Source: Camelus ferus (taxonomy: Eukaryota). From it: DNA of 64,000 nucleotides. Location: assembly GCF_009834535.1 (NCBI RefSeq), contig NC_045707.1, positions 54,996,001-55,060,000 on the forward strand, read 5' to 3'. The position numbers and the translations under genes are program-made. The first letter of the stretch is position 1. The number at the start of each line of letters is the position of its first letter. The notes under the pieces were generated by a model. It made no database searches, was not told where the DNA came from, and saw only the letters and a program-made list of their open reading frames with translations. Shown here piece by piece: positions 29,501 through 42,805 of the stretch.

Positions 29501-30240
29501 GTGACGAGAAAGTTGGAGGTCAGAAATGTGAACACCTCAAAACACACAGTGCTAATGACCCTAGTTTTGCTTCTCAGTTCAAACTGAGATCAAGTCAAAA
29601 ATAGGTAAAGAAAATGACTTCCAAAAAGAAATACGAACTAAAAAAATGTAAATTTATGTTCAGAAATTGAGTTATTCATAAAGTGCCTACTTTAATATGA
29701 ATTTAATGAAGCAAAATTTAAAGTAATACTTTATCTCCTCTACTTTTATTCAGATGAAGCAAGTTTTGTATTTGCATATTTGGGTCATTGCAAAGGCTCT
29801 TTTCTATAAAATATTGGTAATTAGTGCAATGAAACTGGAAAGATCTTGCTTTCAGTGCTCCGGTTCACTTGTGACCTGTTCATGCCAAAAACTTTAATGG
29901 AAATATTTCCAATAAATCCTGGCAGTATTTTGATATTTTAATGTTTTGTCATATTATCTTTCTGTTTTATATCTATTTGGACAGAAATCATATGATAATT
30001 TGGAAATAAAACAATTCTTGCAAAAAAATGGAAGATTAAAATAATGCTGTTTTTAAGTGGAATCTCTACTTTCATGATTGACTGTTTTCACAGATTATAA
30101 GCATATTCCAGTTTTACTTCTCAGGTGACACAGGTTGTATGAATAATTGTGAAAACAGAATGGACTCCAAAAAAGAAATCTAAACTTAAAAATGTATGAA
30201 TTTCAAGTAGAGACTCTTGTTTTCTTTGTAGAATTGCACA

Positions 30241-30377
30241 GCTCCCCACCTCCACCAGGGAGGTAATTAGGTTTATTTATTTACTTATTTTTTTTTAAAA
30301 GGCATTACTGGGGATTGAACCCAGGACCTTGTGCATGCTAAGCACACACTCTACCACTTGAGCTATCTCCTACCCCC
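30241..30377 (-). mobile_element. tRNA-derived SINE, camelid Vic-1 type
   Basis: Minus strand reads GGGGGTAGGAGATAGCTCAAGTGGTAGAG(A box)...GGTCCTGGGTTCAATCCCC(B box)...AAATAAATAAACCTAATTACCTCCC; TSD tagaattgca at 30229-30238 and 30378-30387. Confidence 0.9.
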
Positions 30378-31980
30378 TAGAATTGCATAACTTTAATATA
30401 CCTGAATAAAGCAGCATTAAAATAAAGAACTTATTTTAACTCCTAAAGTTTTTAAATAAGCAAAGAGTACCCTGATGATTTTTGTATAGTAGATAAACTT
30501 GGATTATATATACCAGGCAGACTGACTAGAGACAAGAGAAGAGAACATGGGTGGACTTTGGAGGATGGGGTGGGCAGGGGGAAGAGGAGAGGAGAGCTGG
30601 GGAGGAGAAACCACCCATATTTAGGTAGCATGTGAAAAGAGTATGAAGACCATCATGGAAGGTTAACTTTCCTGAATATTTGTAGCCAGTTCTTTGCTTC
30701 TTTCCATTCCATTCTGTCTTATTATAATTAAGGATTTAGAGCATTAAAGCATCTATTTGATACCCCATCTTCCTTTGTAAATTTTATGCTAGAGATTGTA
30801 TACCTTTAAGATTGTATTCCCAAAATAAGACTACACAAAGTTCAACTATTTTCATTTATATACTTGGGGAAAAAGAGTGGACCATCAAAATGTCATATTA
30901 ATGTGCTAACTATGATCAGGAATTTGACAGAAGTGTACCAAAAACACTGGCACTATTTCAGGGAGCTGTAAACAGAGAAGCAAAAGTGTCCTCCTATTTC
31001 TAGAAAATCCTGCCATCTGGCATGAATACATAGGCTTGTCCACTATATTTTATAAAGTTACTTAAATTTGTGAAAGGATGTTCATCTCAAATTTGGAGTA
31101 AATAGTAGGGGCCTCATGACTCTTTATGAAAAGTTAGGTGAAAAAATAGAATTTATACAAAAGCTCATGCACCTAGACACACTTTCTCTAGATGTGTATT
31201 AATTTGGAGACAAATAGCTCTAGTTAAATACTAATGAGAAGAAAACCCAGGAGCCTGAGGGAGAGCAGAAAAACAGCACCTCTTGCCCTGATTTTGCGTT
31301 ATTTAGGAAATATAAAGAAATGGATTCTGCCCTCAATGTGAGCTTGTAAATTCAATTTTTATAGATAATTCTTCAAATTTAAAGTAATTTTTAAAGAACT
31401 GTGAATCACAATAAAGGGAGGTAGGTGTTCTTTATTGAAAATGTTAAATAAGCTTGCAATTTCAATCAACTTCATTTTGGGATTGTGTCCCTTTCAGCTC
31501 ACTTAGGTTATGATTATGGAACTACTGGGAAACACTGGATATTCACCAACTCATGAAAATAATTATTCATCCTCTCGTAACACCGAAGAACAGATGTCAA
31601 CACTCAATCATGTAGGGAAAGATAGCTTTTACTAGAAAGGAAATGAAAAACACAGCCAGTACCAACAGGTTTTTTGTAACTAAGTTATTTACATTTTGTT
31701 CCAGTGGAAGAAAGGATGCATTCCAATTAAAACAAAAATTTAAAGAAAGCTGGAAAAGATAATACAGTCGTAAGAGGACACCAGCCATTATGAAGGGACA
31801 GTTGTTAAATCCTCCATAGACTATAATTGTCTTTAAGTATTTTAAATTAACCTATTATAGAAAGGATTTTAAATTGTGAAAACAACTTTATCTACATAGA
31901 CTTATCTTTGTTTAAGGAAGGAACCACTTTGCTACAGGAGACAGAATATTCTTCCTTTATATTTTGAAATTAGTATTACT

Positions 31981-32114
31981 TTCCCATGAATTTTTGGGAA
32001 TTTCCCAGGAGTTTGGGGAATCCTTTTGGAAGCAAGTGCAAGTCAGGAAAGGGATTGATCCAGAAAACAAACACCTAACTATCAACAATCTTCTGCATCC
32101 TTTCTGGGACTTCC
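31981..32114. promoter_or_regulatory. Candidate NF-kB/STAT6 motif cluster
   Basis: TTCCCATGAA (31981-31990), GGGAATTTCC (31996-32005), GGGGAATCCT (32015-32024), GGGACTTCC (32106-32114); motif match only. Confidence 0.3.
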
Positions 32115-32879
32115 AGCAATGGTTTTGAGTAGGAATGGTCAGGAGGTAGAGGGCTTCTGAGAGCAATCTCAGGCTTAGCAGAAAAAAAGGTAGTTTTAAA
32201 AAGCCTTTAAAAAGTGATATTTTGGCATGATGATTTCAGGTAGTGACATATTTATCAATTTATAAGATACCAGTTTAAAGTCAGAAAATAATTTACAGAA
32301 CAAGATTTAATTGTACTCTGTGTTTGGATAAACGCAAATCACTTTGTTCGCAAACACACACCCAGTGAGAGGGGGGAAGGGGTAGCATCTTCTATGACTC
32401 TTCAGTCTGTTTTGTACATGTGGTTGTTCCATGTATTTCAAAGCTTTTTCATGGTTGGCCTTTATATTCCCCTAAGGCTGTTTTTCTGTTCCATTGTTTT
32501 AAGTGAGTTTGAGTGTAAGATTACAAAGAACCCCACAAAATAGCCCTACAAAGCTGACTCTCCACCACCTTCCAATAAATGTGTCCCTTGCATCCCTTCC
32601 CCACCAGCCACCACCCACTATCTCTGACCTTTCTTCTTTACTGGAGAGGAAATAAGTTTTCCTTCTAGTATATTGATATACAAACTGATGTTATTAATTT
32701 TAATAGCTTTCTATTATCTATATAATGTGATATACAACTTTTTAAATTATACTCTAATGCATCATGTTTCAGTTCACTAAATGACCACCAGTTTCTACTT
32801 AAAACATTTAGATTCCTGGAGGTACTTTTCTAAAACTGAAATTAGTCATAGACAGAACAAACATTTTAGTAATAAAATA

Positions 32880-33095
32880 GTTAATATTATTATTTCTTGA
32901 CCATTTACTATGTATGAAGCAGAAACTAAGGCTTTTATATATTCCAGCTCATTAAATGATCACCTTTAATTATCAATCTAATTTAAAGTAGGTTTTATGA
33001 ATCCCTCTTTAAAGTTGAATAAAATGAACAAGAATTTTAAGTAACTTGTACAAATCAAGAGCTACTGAATGATAGAATTTGGATATAAATTTAAA
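32880..33095 (-). mobile_element. MIR SINE relic
   Basis: 'accatttactatgt...ttaagtaacttgtacaaatcaagagctactgaatgatagaa'. Confidence 0.5.
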
Positions 33096-34329
33096 TTCAT
33101 ACTATTATGAGTTAGCTGGAACTCATAAGCCTTCCATAATACTTACTATAAATTTGCAGTATATAGGTATATATCTGATGTGACCAAAGTTCACATGTAG
33201 TCAGAACATGGCTGGGGAGCAGTATTTGGGAAGGTGGGAAAGCTAGAGAACCATGTGAGAAATTCTGCCTCTTTGAGATAGCACACTCTTCTAGACCCCA
33301 GACTCTTCTTTATACAGGTCCTTCCTCTGATTATGATTTTCTAACACTTCTTGAAAGCTACAGGAAATATTTAATGTCTAAACTAAAGCCTCAATAATCT
33401 AAGCAATCATTTTTATTAAACAGAGTCTAAGTGCAGGTATATTACAACTTGCAGCAGTTTGCTTAAATACAGTTCCCCTCTGCCATTCATTTTTAAAATT
33501 CTGGTCAAAACTTTCTGTAAGATTTAAAACTCCATTACTTAAGAAATAGGAAGATAATGATTTTCAAATGGCTTAATGATTTTGAATATTAAATGTTATA
33601 GATCTTAGAATGTTTTGCAGTACAGTATTAATTTACCTTAGAGGTTGTACTGCAAGGAATAAAAACATGTGTTTCTAGCTAAACTTATTACTTTAAAAGC
33701 TTGATGAATGACAACAATGAAACAAAAAATCCCCTTAAAACCATAACTAATTGGTTGAATATAAAGTCTCTCGGGTCAGAAACAACAGCTGTGCATATAC
33801 ATTAAGGCAAAATATGAGGCAACAGGAACAGATAACAGCAAATAAGTCTGTCATTTTATGTTGAATAATACACAAGAACTCTTAAATGTTTCCTTTCTCT
33901 CCTGCATTCTGTTCATGGGCCCACATGTTCTTTGTCAGTGAGTAACGACTTGCTGTTCCTTAGGTTTTGCTTTTCTGTTTTTTTTTTTTTTTCCTATTTC
34001 TATTGCATTTCCACATCACAGTCCTTCTCAGTGTCTGCTCACATCCTTGGCTCAGTTCAGCCTGCCATATGGACGCAAATCTGGGGAGCAGGTATGATTT
34101 TCTCCCTACATGCCCTTGTACTCTTCAGAGTCTCCTTTAAGCCAGTTATAGCTTTGACATCTTTTTCACAATTTCTTTCTGTATCGGCAAGATTTTAAAA
34201 ATATCTCATCATATTTTTGCCCAACTTTTACTGCCCCCTGCAGTCTCTTCCCCTGCATGTTAGCAGACTGACATTTTGAAATGAAATGAAAATCAGCTGA
34301 TGTAAGATCCAAATTAAAATGACTTCCCC

Positions 34330-34805
34330 TGTCCCTGGAATAATTCAGCAAAGGCTTTAGAATGACTCAGGGAGCCATTCAAAGCCCGGTCCCTACATAA
34401 TTCTATGGCTTCAGTGCTCACCTTTCTTGCTTTGGCACTCCATTCTTGGGTTGCTGGATTCTACTCTCTTTCTCATCTCTTAGTATAGGCTGTAACCTCT
34501 CCCTTGATCATCTCCTGCCCTGTTTCCCTGAATAAATCTTAGTCATTTTCTTCAGGTGTCACCTTAAAAGTCATGCTCATTATGTACTTCTGGAATCTTT
34601 ATCCACTCACCATGCTTCCTGTTTTGTTTAGCTGAAGGTACAGTACTGCAGCTACCACAGCATCACTTTTATTTCGTACTTACGTTTTAATTGCTTGCTT
34701 TCTTCTTTATATTGTAAGGGCTCAAAGGAAGACTACATCTATCCTGCTCTCCATTTCAAATTTCACTCTTCACACAGTCTAAAAATTACTTGTTAAATAT
34801 ATATT
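34330..34805 (+). mobile_element. L2 LINE 3' relic
   Basis: Pyrimidine-rich L2-like motifs ending 'aaattacttgttaaata'; strongly diverged. Confidence 0.45.
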
Positions 34806-37519
34806 GTTCATTTGTAAATTCTTTATCTGGTTGCCTCTTACCTCTTACACATATTAAAGTACTAATAGAATTGGATTGTGAACATTTAAGTCAAAGGTGT
34901 AGGGGTTTGGGAATTTTCGGAAGGAATGATACAATGTCATTTTAACACATAACGCTTTAGGTAACTCAACTCTTAAAATTATAGGAATATTTTTCTAATG
35001 AATTTCAGGTCTGTGAATGAGAATTAACATGTTAGTTGGTATTGTATTAGCAATATTTGAACTATGAAGACAGAAGATATACTATAAACGTGTGTGTGTG
35101 TGTATACTTTGGCAGACACTGCATTTACTATTTACACAGTGCCTCAAAAGCATTTAGTAAAGGAGAGAACAATCTAGAAATATGTTGGTTAAAATCTTAT
35201 AAGGAAATAGCTACTATTCTAATAAATATACAGAACTTGTAGATTCCCTTTCCTGTGATAAATATCTCAAACATTAAAGTAAGAAATAAAGCTGATGAGA
35301 AAACATACTCTGGATAAGTAATGCAAACTGAGAAAATAAATGTGCTTCCTAATTAAAATATATATTTCTTTTGGCCAGATTAAATTTCCCTGAAACACTA
35401 TTATGGCATACTGCATATTGAATAACAAATACATAGCAAATAAATATTGACTTGGATAGGAAAACCGCTATCACACCTAATTCTTGACTATTACATGGAT
35501 TTCTAAACTCAGTTGAGAATTACGAGTTAATTTGGCCACAAATAACCAACATTTCTTCTAATATCCTATATTGAATAGCATGAGGAAAAAGATTTCTTTC
35601 AGAGATATGTAGGAATCTAAGTATTTGAAAATTCACAAAGCCTTTCTGCATGGTAATAGGTTACCAAGTGTTTTTGAAATGTTTTCCCACATTAAATTAA
35701 TTGTGTGTATGTATGTGTGTATAACAATTGGTTCAATGTCTGAAAAATATGTGTGTGTATGCATACTGGCTTGAAGGAGGAAAGAAGCAGAATTATATAG
35801 AAGTTAACAGTTCATATTACCTCTGCCTTAGATGTTAAGTAAAAACACATCTTTAGAAACTTATTTTTAGAATTTGGGTAAAATACTGAATTTCTTTATA
35901 TCTCTATTCTAGGGTCACTTTAAGTATTAAATAAAGCAAGAGATTAAAAAGTAATTAGTCCCATACTTGGCTCAGTACTTATCTTAGTAATAGTAGTTGT
36001 ATTGGTGTGTTCATTTTTTTAAAAATCTAAATTTTATTTTTATTATGCTTTACATTTCGAATCTATCTTGCTAATAGTACTTAGTGCTCTGAAAATAAAA
36101 ACACATTTTCCACTACACATTTTTGTTGTTCAGGTACAGCAAATGGATTAAGACATAGTTTCACAACCTACACTTTTCAAATAAATTAACTGGGAATTAA
36201 AGGTAAATATATTTTTTAAAAATGTATTTAAATCATATTTCCAAAACAACAAAAATGCATGAACAATCTTAAGGAAGTATCTTTTTTACTAACATTTTTA
36301 TTTTATAATTTTTAAAGAGGCATTGCCCTTAAACTTCAGATTTGTTTAATCTAGTGGGTACATTTCAAAATGTCTGATATTTGCTCAATACCTAATTTAT
36401 TCTACGGAAGACATTTGTCATATGAAATTACAAGTAAATGTAACATATAAAAATCTTGTCTGTGTAAATGGAATCATTAAATGGCGTCTGCTTTGTCACA
36501 TTTCATTGTGACTGGTTAGAGATGTGACATCAGGTAATATATTTCAGAGTGATGAGACAAGGAAATTAGATATTGAATGCTTTGTAGTTCTCAGTATAAA
36601 AAACTTTTAAATCTCATTTAAAAAATGACACATACTAGAAGAGTGAGCAACCAACCAAAGCTGCTTCTAAATTTTTGAATTAACAAGAAAAATTGACTTT
36701 TTTTTAAAAAAGAAAAAGTATTTGGTTCACTAGCATATGAATCATTAGATAAAACCTTTGTTAGAATCACTGCCAAGCATAATAATCTCTGTACTTATTC
36801 AAGGTTCTATAATGCATTACTGCATTTAAAATTTTAACTAAAATAAGAAATTATATTTAAGTATTTATAATAAATTCTTGCAAAGTGCTCAATATCAAAC
36901 CCAGTGAATGGCTGTGTGTGCAATGTGACATTTTAATTTTTTTGAGATAAGCATACATTTTTATTTCACTCATTTTCAGAACTGAATTGTATAGAATCCA
37001 AGGTAAGAAATAAGGGTACAGTTCCTAGGATAAAAAATGCTGAATTATTAATGAATTGGTAAGGTTTTGGCAGCTTACATCTCAGAAACTGCAGGATATT
37101 CAGAGGTAGTGATGATGATAGAAATACTTTGAAAAGAGAGCTATGGTTATAATTGAAGTATAACAACTTAGATGGGCAAGTTCAAACAGTCAGCTCTGTG
37201 TCCTAAGGAGAATAATGAGAACAAACAAACCAAAGCATTGAAATAAAAAATTTTAAAGAACAGAAAAACATCATTTGAAAAGTAAAATAAGCATAAACTA
37301 AAAATATAAAAATGGACAGGAAATAAAATCCATATGTGAAATAGTAAGATAGTAATTATCTTTGATTGTGTTTTAACTTTGAAGTTCAAAGGCATATATA
37401 ATTTTAAGTAATTGCTCTGTGTTTGGAAATTTTGAATGTATACTTTATGAAATAATTCCTGAATGAAATAAATTGAGATGTCAGACTATACTAGTATTAT
37501 AAAATTGTAAACATGCAGA

Positions 37520-38760
37520 TATCCATTCACTATCTATTTATTGAATACCTTCCTGTGCAAGACACTGTATTAGATAAAATGGGGACTTAAAAATGTGTAT
37601 TAAAAGTTTGCTCCCACCTTAGTGAAGTTGGCAGTCTTGTATAGAAACAGATAAATGAGCAACTGATGTAAGACATTCACTCTGTACTTACGGGAGAGTT
37701 CTTCCTGTATCACTCACAGAGGAGAGACATTAATTCTACTCAAAGGAAGCAATAATGTCCTTTCTAAAGGGGTGAGATTTGAACTGAGACTCATTATCAA
37801 ATACATGATGTTAGCTGGTAGGATTTTAAAGACAGTCTGAGTTTGGGAAATAAAATATCAAAATCAATTATAATATAATCAAATTATAATAAAATATAAA
37901 AATTGACAAGTGTACAGGATATGTTCAAGAGACAGATAAGTCTGTCTATCAAAGTGAGTGAATACAATAGCTTGGCTTCAGGAAAGAGGAATCTTTGGAG
38001 AGAGGAAAATGGGGGAGTTATACGTGGCTCTGCACAGGACAAGCAAGCATTGGTCTGATAATGGAAAGCCGTGAATGGAGTCTCATTCTTTGAGAAGTGT
38101 ACAGTCAATGTAGATTGTTGACAATGGAAGTAACATGATCAGAGGGGCCATCTTTGAAAGAATTCAGTCAATGTAGTTACTCTTCTAAAGGAAAAGGCAA
38201 TAACACTCTGAACTATTATATGTTAGAAAGGAGGGATGAATGATGATATATCTGAATTACAAGTAATATTTATTCATTGTTTTAAAATATTTAATGACAA
38301 CTACACTGTTCTAAGACCTAGTAATAGAATTTCAAAACAGAGAAGTTTCCCACTCCCTAATCTTGGGGAGCTTATGTGCTAAATCAGACTGGTCCGGGAG
38401 GGCTTCTCCAAGAAGGTGATGTAGAAGATGAAATGTGATGGTAAAGAAACAGCCAGTCATGCAACAATTAAAGGAAACAGAATTTCAGATAAGAGTGTAG
38501 AATTTGTGCCAAAGCCCACTGAGGACGAAATGCAGAAGCTTGGTATTTTCAAAGGACAGGAAGAAGGTCTCTATGCTTGTCTCTTCTTGGAGCTTGAGTG
38601 ACAAGGGATGGAATGGTAAGAGGAAGAGGAAGTAGACATAGCTTTATAAGCCACCATAAAGAATTTTGATTCTTTTTTTCCAATTGAGTTTGAAAAACAT
38701 TCAGTGCAAAAAAAAGTAACAGATTTTAGTTAGTGTATTTAAAATATTACTCAAGCTGTC
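37520..38760 (-). mobile_element. L2 LINE relics, antisense
   Basis: 'tatttattgaataccttcctgtgcaagacactgt', 'ggagcttat...ggtccgggagggcttctccaagaaggtgatgt'. Confidence 0.6.
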
Positions 38761-40476
38761 TTATCATGGATCATATAAGGTCAAACGAATAGCAGATGAT
38801 GTCCTCAGTGCTTTGATTCTGTCTGACTTGAATGGTGATTCCATTATGAAACAAAAGAAAAAAAAAAGGAAAAAGAAGAGACTTAGGATTTAAAATAATG
38901 TTTGTTTTTTTTCTTATTTTTGAGTGTAAAGAGTGTAAAAGTGTAAAATCACAGATACCTAGAAGAAAAATATACAGAGGACAAGGGCTGTACTGACAAA
39001 TGCTGTAGAGAAATCAAGAGTAATGAAGACAGAGAAGATGTAAATTTATTTATCAATTACAAAGTCATTGTACATCATCCAGATAGCAGTTTGCTAGTGT
39101 TCTGAGAAACCAAATTATTAAGGTTGAAATGGGAGGTGAGAAGTGGAGCTATTAATGAATTCTATTATTTTTTTTAAATTAGCTGTGAAATAAAAAGATT
39201 CAGTTCTGTCAGTTTTTTTATAGTGCTACAAAAGAGCTTTTTCCTCAAAAATATGAAGCAAACATCTAAAAGCTGACCTCTAATATTTAGGGTTTTTTTT
39301 TTTTCACCAACTTTCTACATTTTCAGTTTTGGAAGTAATATGTCACCTGTTCCATGTTTACATATATTTTAAATTTAGAAATAAATTGGTTGTACATATT
39401 GGTCTGAAATTTTGTCTGATTGCTTAATATAATAAAATGAGTGAAAAATATTTGAAATATGGAAAGTAATTTAATATATATGAATTTGATTTCTACTTTT
39501 TTTTTTTAGTTTTTTTTTTTATGCAGAAGTTCACTTAAGGACACTATTATGATTTATAGAGGTATTAGGTAAATGAAAATGACCTAAATTGAAGCTTTAA
39601 ATAATGTTTCCAAGTTTTTGCTTCCACCCATATAAAACAAAGACAGTCAAACCCAGTTTGAAGGCAAATTCCTGCTTGGAAACACAATGACTAAACATTT
39701 CTAAGAAACTTTTTGGAGCTCAAATGACAGAAATAATAGAATTGCCTGTGAATCCAAAGCACCTTTTGGTGTATTGGCTCACTTGATCCCTGTGACAACT
39801 TTGTAAGTATACAAAGTTGAGGAAATTGAATCTTAATGAGGGAATGTTGAATCTTATAGTTTAGCAGTAATAGAATTAACACTTTGGCCCTAGTTTTAGG
39901 ATACTTAACTTGGAGCTTTGGCCAATAAGCAATGTTCAAAATATTCTAAGAAAGCCCATGATGGAACCAACCAATCTTACCGTTTATTATTTTTTCTTGT
40001 CATGGTTTCTAGAAAATTCAGAGATCATTTTTACAATTATACAGGGTAATATTAATCTAGTTCTAATTTTTTTTTTACTATATTACTGTTACTTTGTATT
40101 GTTTTACCATTATGTACATAACCATTTTTGGTTGTCATTATTTGATAAGGAATTTTATGTTGTATTTGAAACTAGACACAGTGATTACAAAGGATGAATA
40201 AATGGCTAAATGAAAGTACCAAATTATTCCGTGACTTTTTTGTATGTATGTAAAGAGATCATTATTCAGCCAAAATTTCCATTTTAGTAGCATATTCAAA
40301 TACTATTTTTAGTGAATATTCACCAAGGACCTATTAAACATTAATGAGTATAGAATATTTAAAAGAACAGTATGATACACAATATGAGCAGAGGATTCTT
40401 TGCAAGAGAGAACCATCTGGTTATTCATCAAGAGATTCCACAAGATGGTCTTTAAGTCTGGTGAGTAAACATCTAC

Positions 40477-40531
40477 GTTTTAGAATAAAAATCATGAATT
40501 TTAAAGTTTTAGAATAAAAATCATGAATTTT
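40477..40531. repeat. Tandem duplication, 29-bp period
   Basis: gttttagaataaaaatcatgaatttt at 40477-40502 and 40506-40531. Confidence 0.9.
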
Positions 40532-42269
40532 CTGTCCAGTGACAGTAGCTCCTTCTATTAAGTGTGAACGTATGTAAATAGCTAAGTTCAAAGATACTTT
40601 TATATAAACCAAAATTGCAAAATATTAATTTAAAGTGAAAATATGTCTGGTGAAAGAAACACACTTGTATTATCTGCTAAATACTTTTCTTATTAGGAAA
40701 CAACTTGAGAAAGCCAAATTATAATAAAAAATTTGTTTGGCAATAAGACCCTCAAAGAGTAAAAATAAAATGAATAGTTATGATTGCCTGCATCACGTTG
40801 GCAAAATGAAGAAGTAAAAAGGTTTATTTACTCATTTATTTTTTTTTACAATAATTTTACTAGTATAAAGTCCTTGTCATTTATTTTTATAAGGCTGCTT
40901 TGTAAACCATTTGGACAAGCCAGTCAAATTCTTTTAGCTTAAGAAGTCTTTCCCCTGGACTTACCCAGTCCCTTGCCTCAGTGAATGGCCTTCTCAGATG
41001 TTCCAACAGAAACAATACCCTCGAGGATTGACATATTTTTAATTAATGTTACTATTTTATTCACTCTTGTTCTTATATGTGTCATTGTCCTATGTGTCAT
41101 TCTAATTGTTTAAAGTGATTTTACATATTTCTGGTATAATCAGTTATGGAATACCTATAATTTTGGTCAAAGGGCAACTTTATTTTCTCATATTGAAGTT
41201 CTTAGAGACCAACTATGTTTTCACTAATGAAAATAAATGTATATTTAAATGTAATATTAGAATGTGCATATATTTTTAAAGTCCTATATCTTTTTGTACA
41301 AAAACAATAATGACATTTATTCTTAGGAAAAACAAAAAAGAAGAAAAACTCCACATCCCACATTGAAAATGATTCCACAGTTATTTAGAAATCATTTACC
41401 CATTTTTATTAATGATTCAATATACTTTTGTTATATAATCTTCCTTTATACTTTTTCTTCTTTAAATTTGGCATTAGTTATTAGCATTCTTTTAAGTAAG
41501 TTTTAATTTTTAAAGTGAAAAAATTTACTGCTAATCTGACTAGGCAAATGATAATGTACCTGCTTTATAAAATATTCAGTGTAAAAGAATATTGTTTAAA
41601 TTGTATTGATGTGTCTATGTCACCAATCAAATGCTATAAATTTAGATTTAGATTAAAAAAGGCATAAATGGATTTACATAACTGATTACTATTCAACATT
41701 TCATGAGGCTTTCTCAGTCTTTCCACACCTCTTATCTCACTAAATATCTGGACATATGGCTTTGTAGGATTCTCCAGAGACTGAAGAAGGGAGTGGTTTT
41801 TTTTTTTTTAAAGAAATTGATTCTAATGTGTGTGGTGAGCTTGCACGTTTGTGTGTATCTGTAGTGCTCGAATATGTTGCACAGTATGAGGCTGGGGATT
41901 TTTGCCAGAGAGAGCATGTGGCCATCCATCACAGAGGGCAATCATTTACAGAATTCTCCTTCCCCTTTCCAGAATTAAGTTGCCAAATGTAGAAAAATTA
42001 CTGAAAAAGATAATGAGGTCATTTATATAATCACTGTATGACTACAACTATGTGCAAAGGATATATAGATATATGTACATACTCACCCACAAATATATGA
42101 AGAATTTATTCTTTCAAGAAATAGTTTGTATTTAAATGTATATAATTTTATTTTATGTATTTTTTGTAATCAAGATACTTTTAATTTAGGGGAAGGAAAT
42201 GACACTATTTTCCATATACATGTGAAATATACTTTTTTTGTAAATAGATTAAAAAGACTATCATTTTTA

Positions 42270-42805
42270 CTTTTTAATTTTTGATTGTTTTTTATGAACT
42301 TGCATTGATACATTGTAACCACCCAAAGTTCACAGTTTCTCTTAGGGTTAACTTTAGGTGTTGCACATTCTATGGTTCAGGAAACCCCTGTGCCCTACGT
42401 ATTTATCCCTACCCCAACCATATGGCAACAACGGATATTTTAATTGTTTCCATAGTTTTGCCTTTCCCAGAATCTTGTGTAGTTGGAATCATACAGTTTG
42501 TAGCCCTATCAAATTAGCTTTCCTTTCCCTTAATAATATGCATGCAAGATTCCTCCATCTTTCCATGGCCTGCTAGCTCATTTTTTTTAACACAATAATA
42601 TTCCATTCTCTGGATGTACCATTTTACTTATCTATTCATCTACTGAAGGGCATGTTGGTTGTTTCTAAGTTTCATTAGTTATCAATAAAGCTGTTATAAA
42701 TGTCCATGTATAGATTTTTGTGTGGACATAGTTTTCAGATCCTTTGGGTAAATACCAAGGAAGTCGATTGCTGGATCATATGGTAAGAGTAGGTTTAGTT
42801 TTATT
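42270..42805 (-). mobile_element. L1MC-like 3' fragment, antisense
   Basis: 'catagttttgcctttcccagaat...ctactgaagggcatgttggttg...ggtaaataccaaggaagtcgattgctggatcatatggtaagagt'; ORF 42694-42879 has ORF2-like 'LPYDPAIDFLGIYPKDLK'. Confidence 0.85.

Noticed and set aside
30301..30377. tRNA gene
   Set aside because: A and B boxes are present, but the tail and TSD show it is a tRNA-derived SINE
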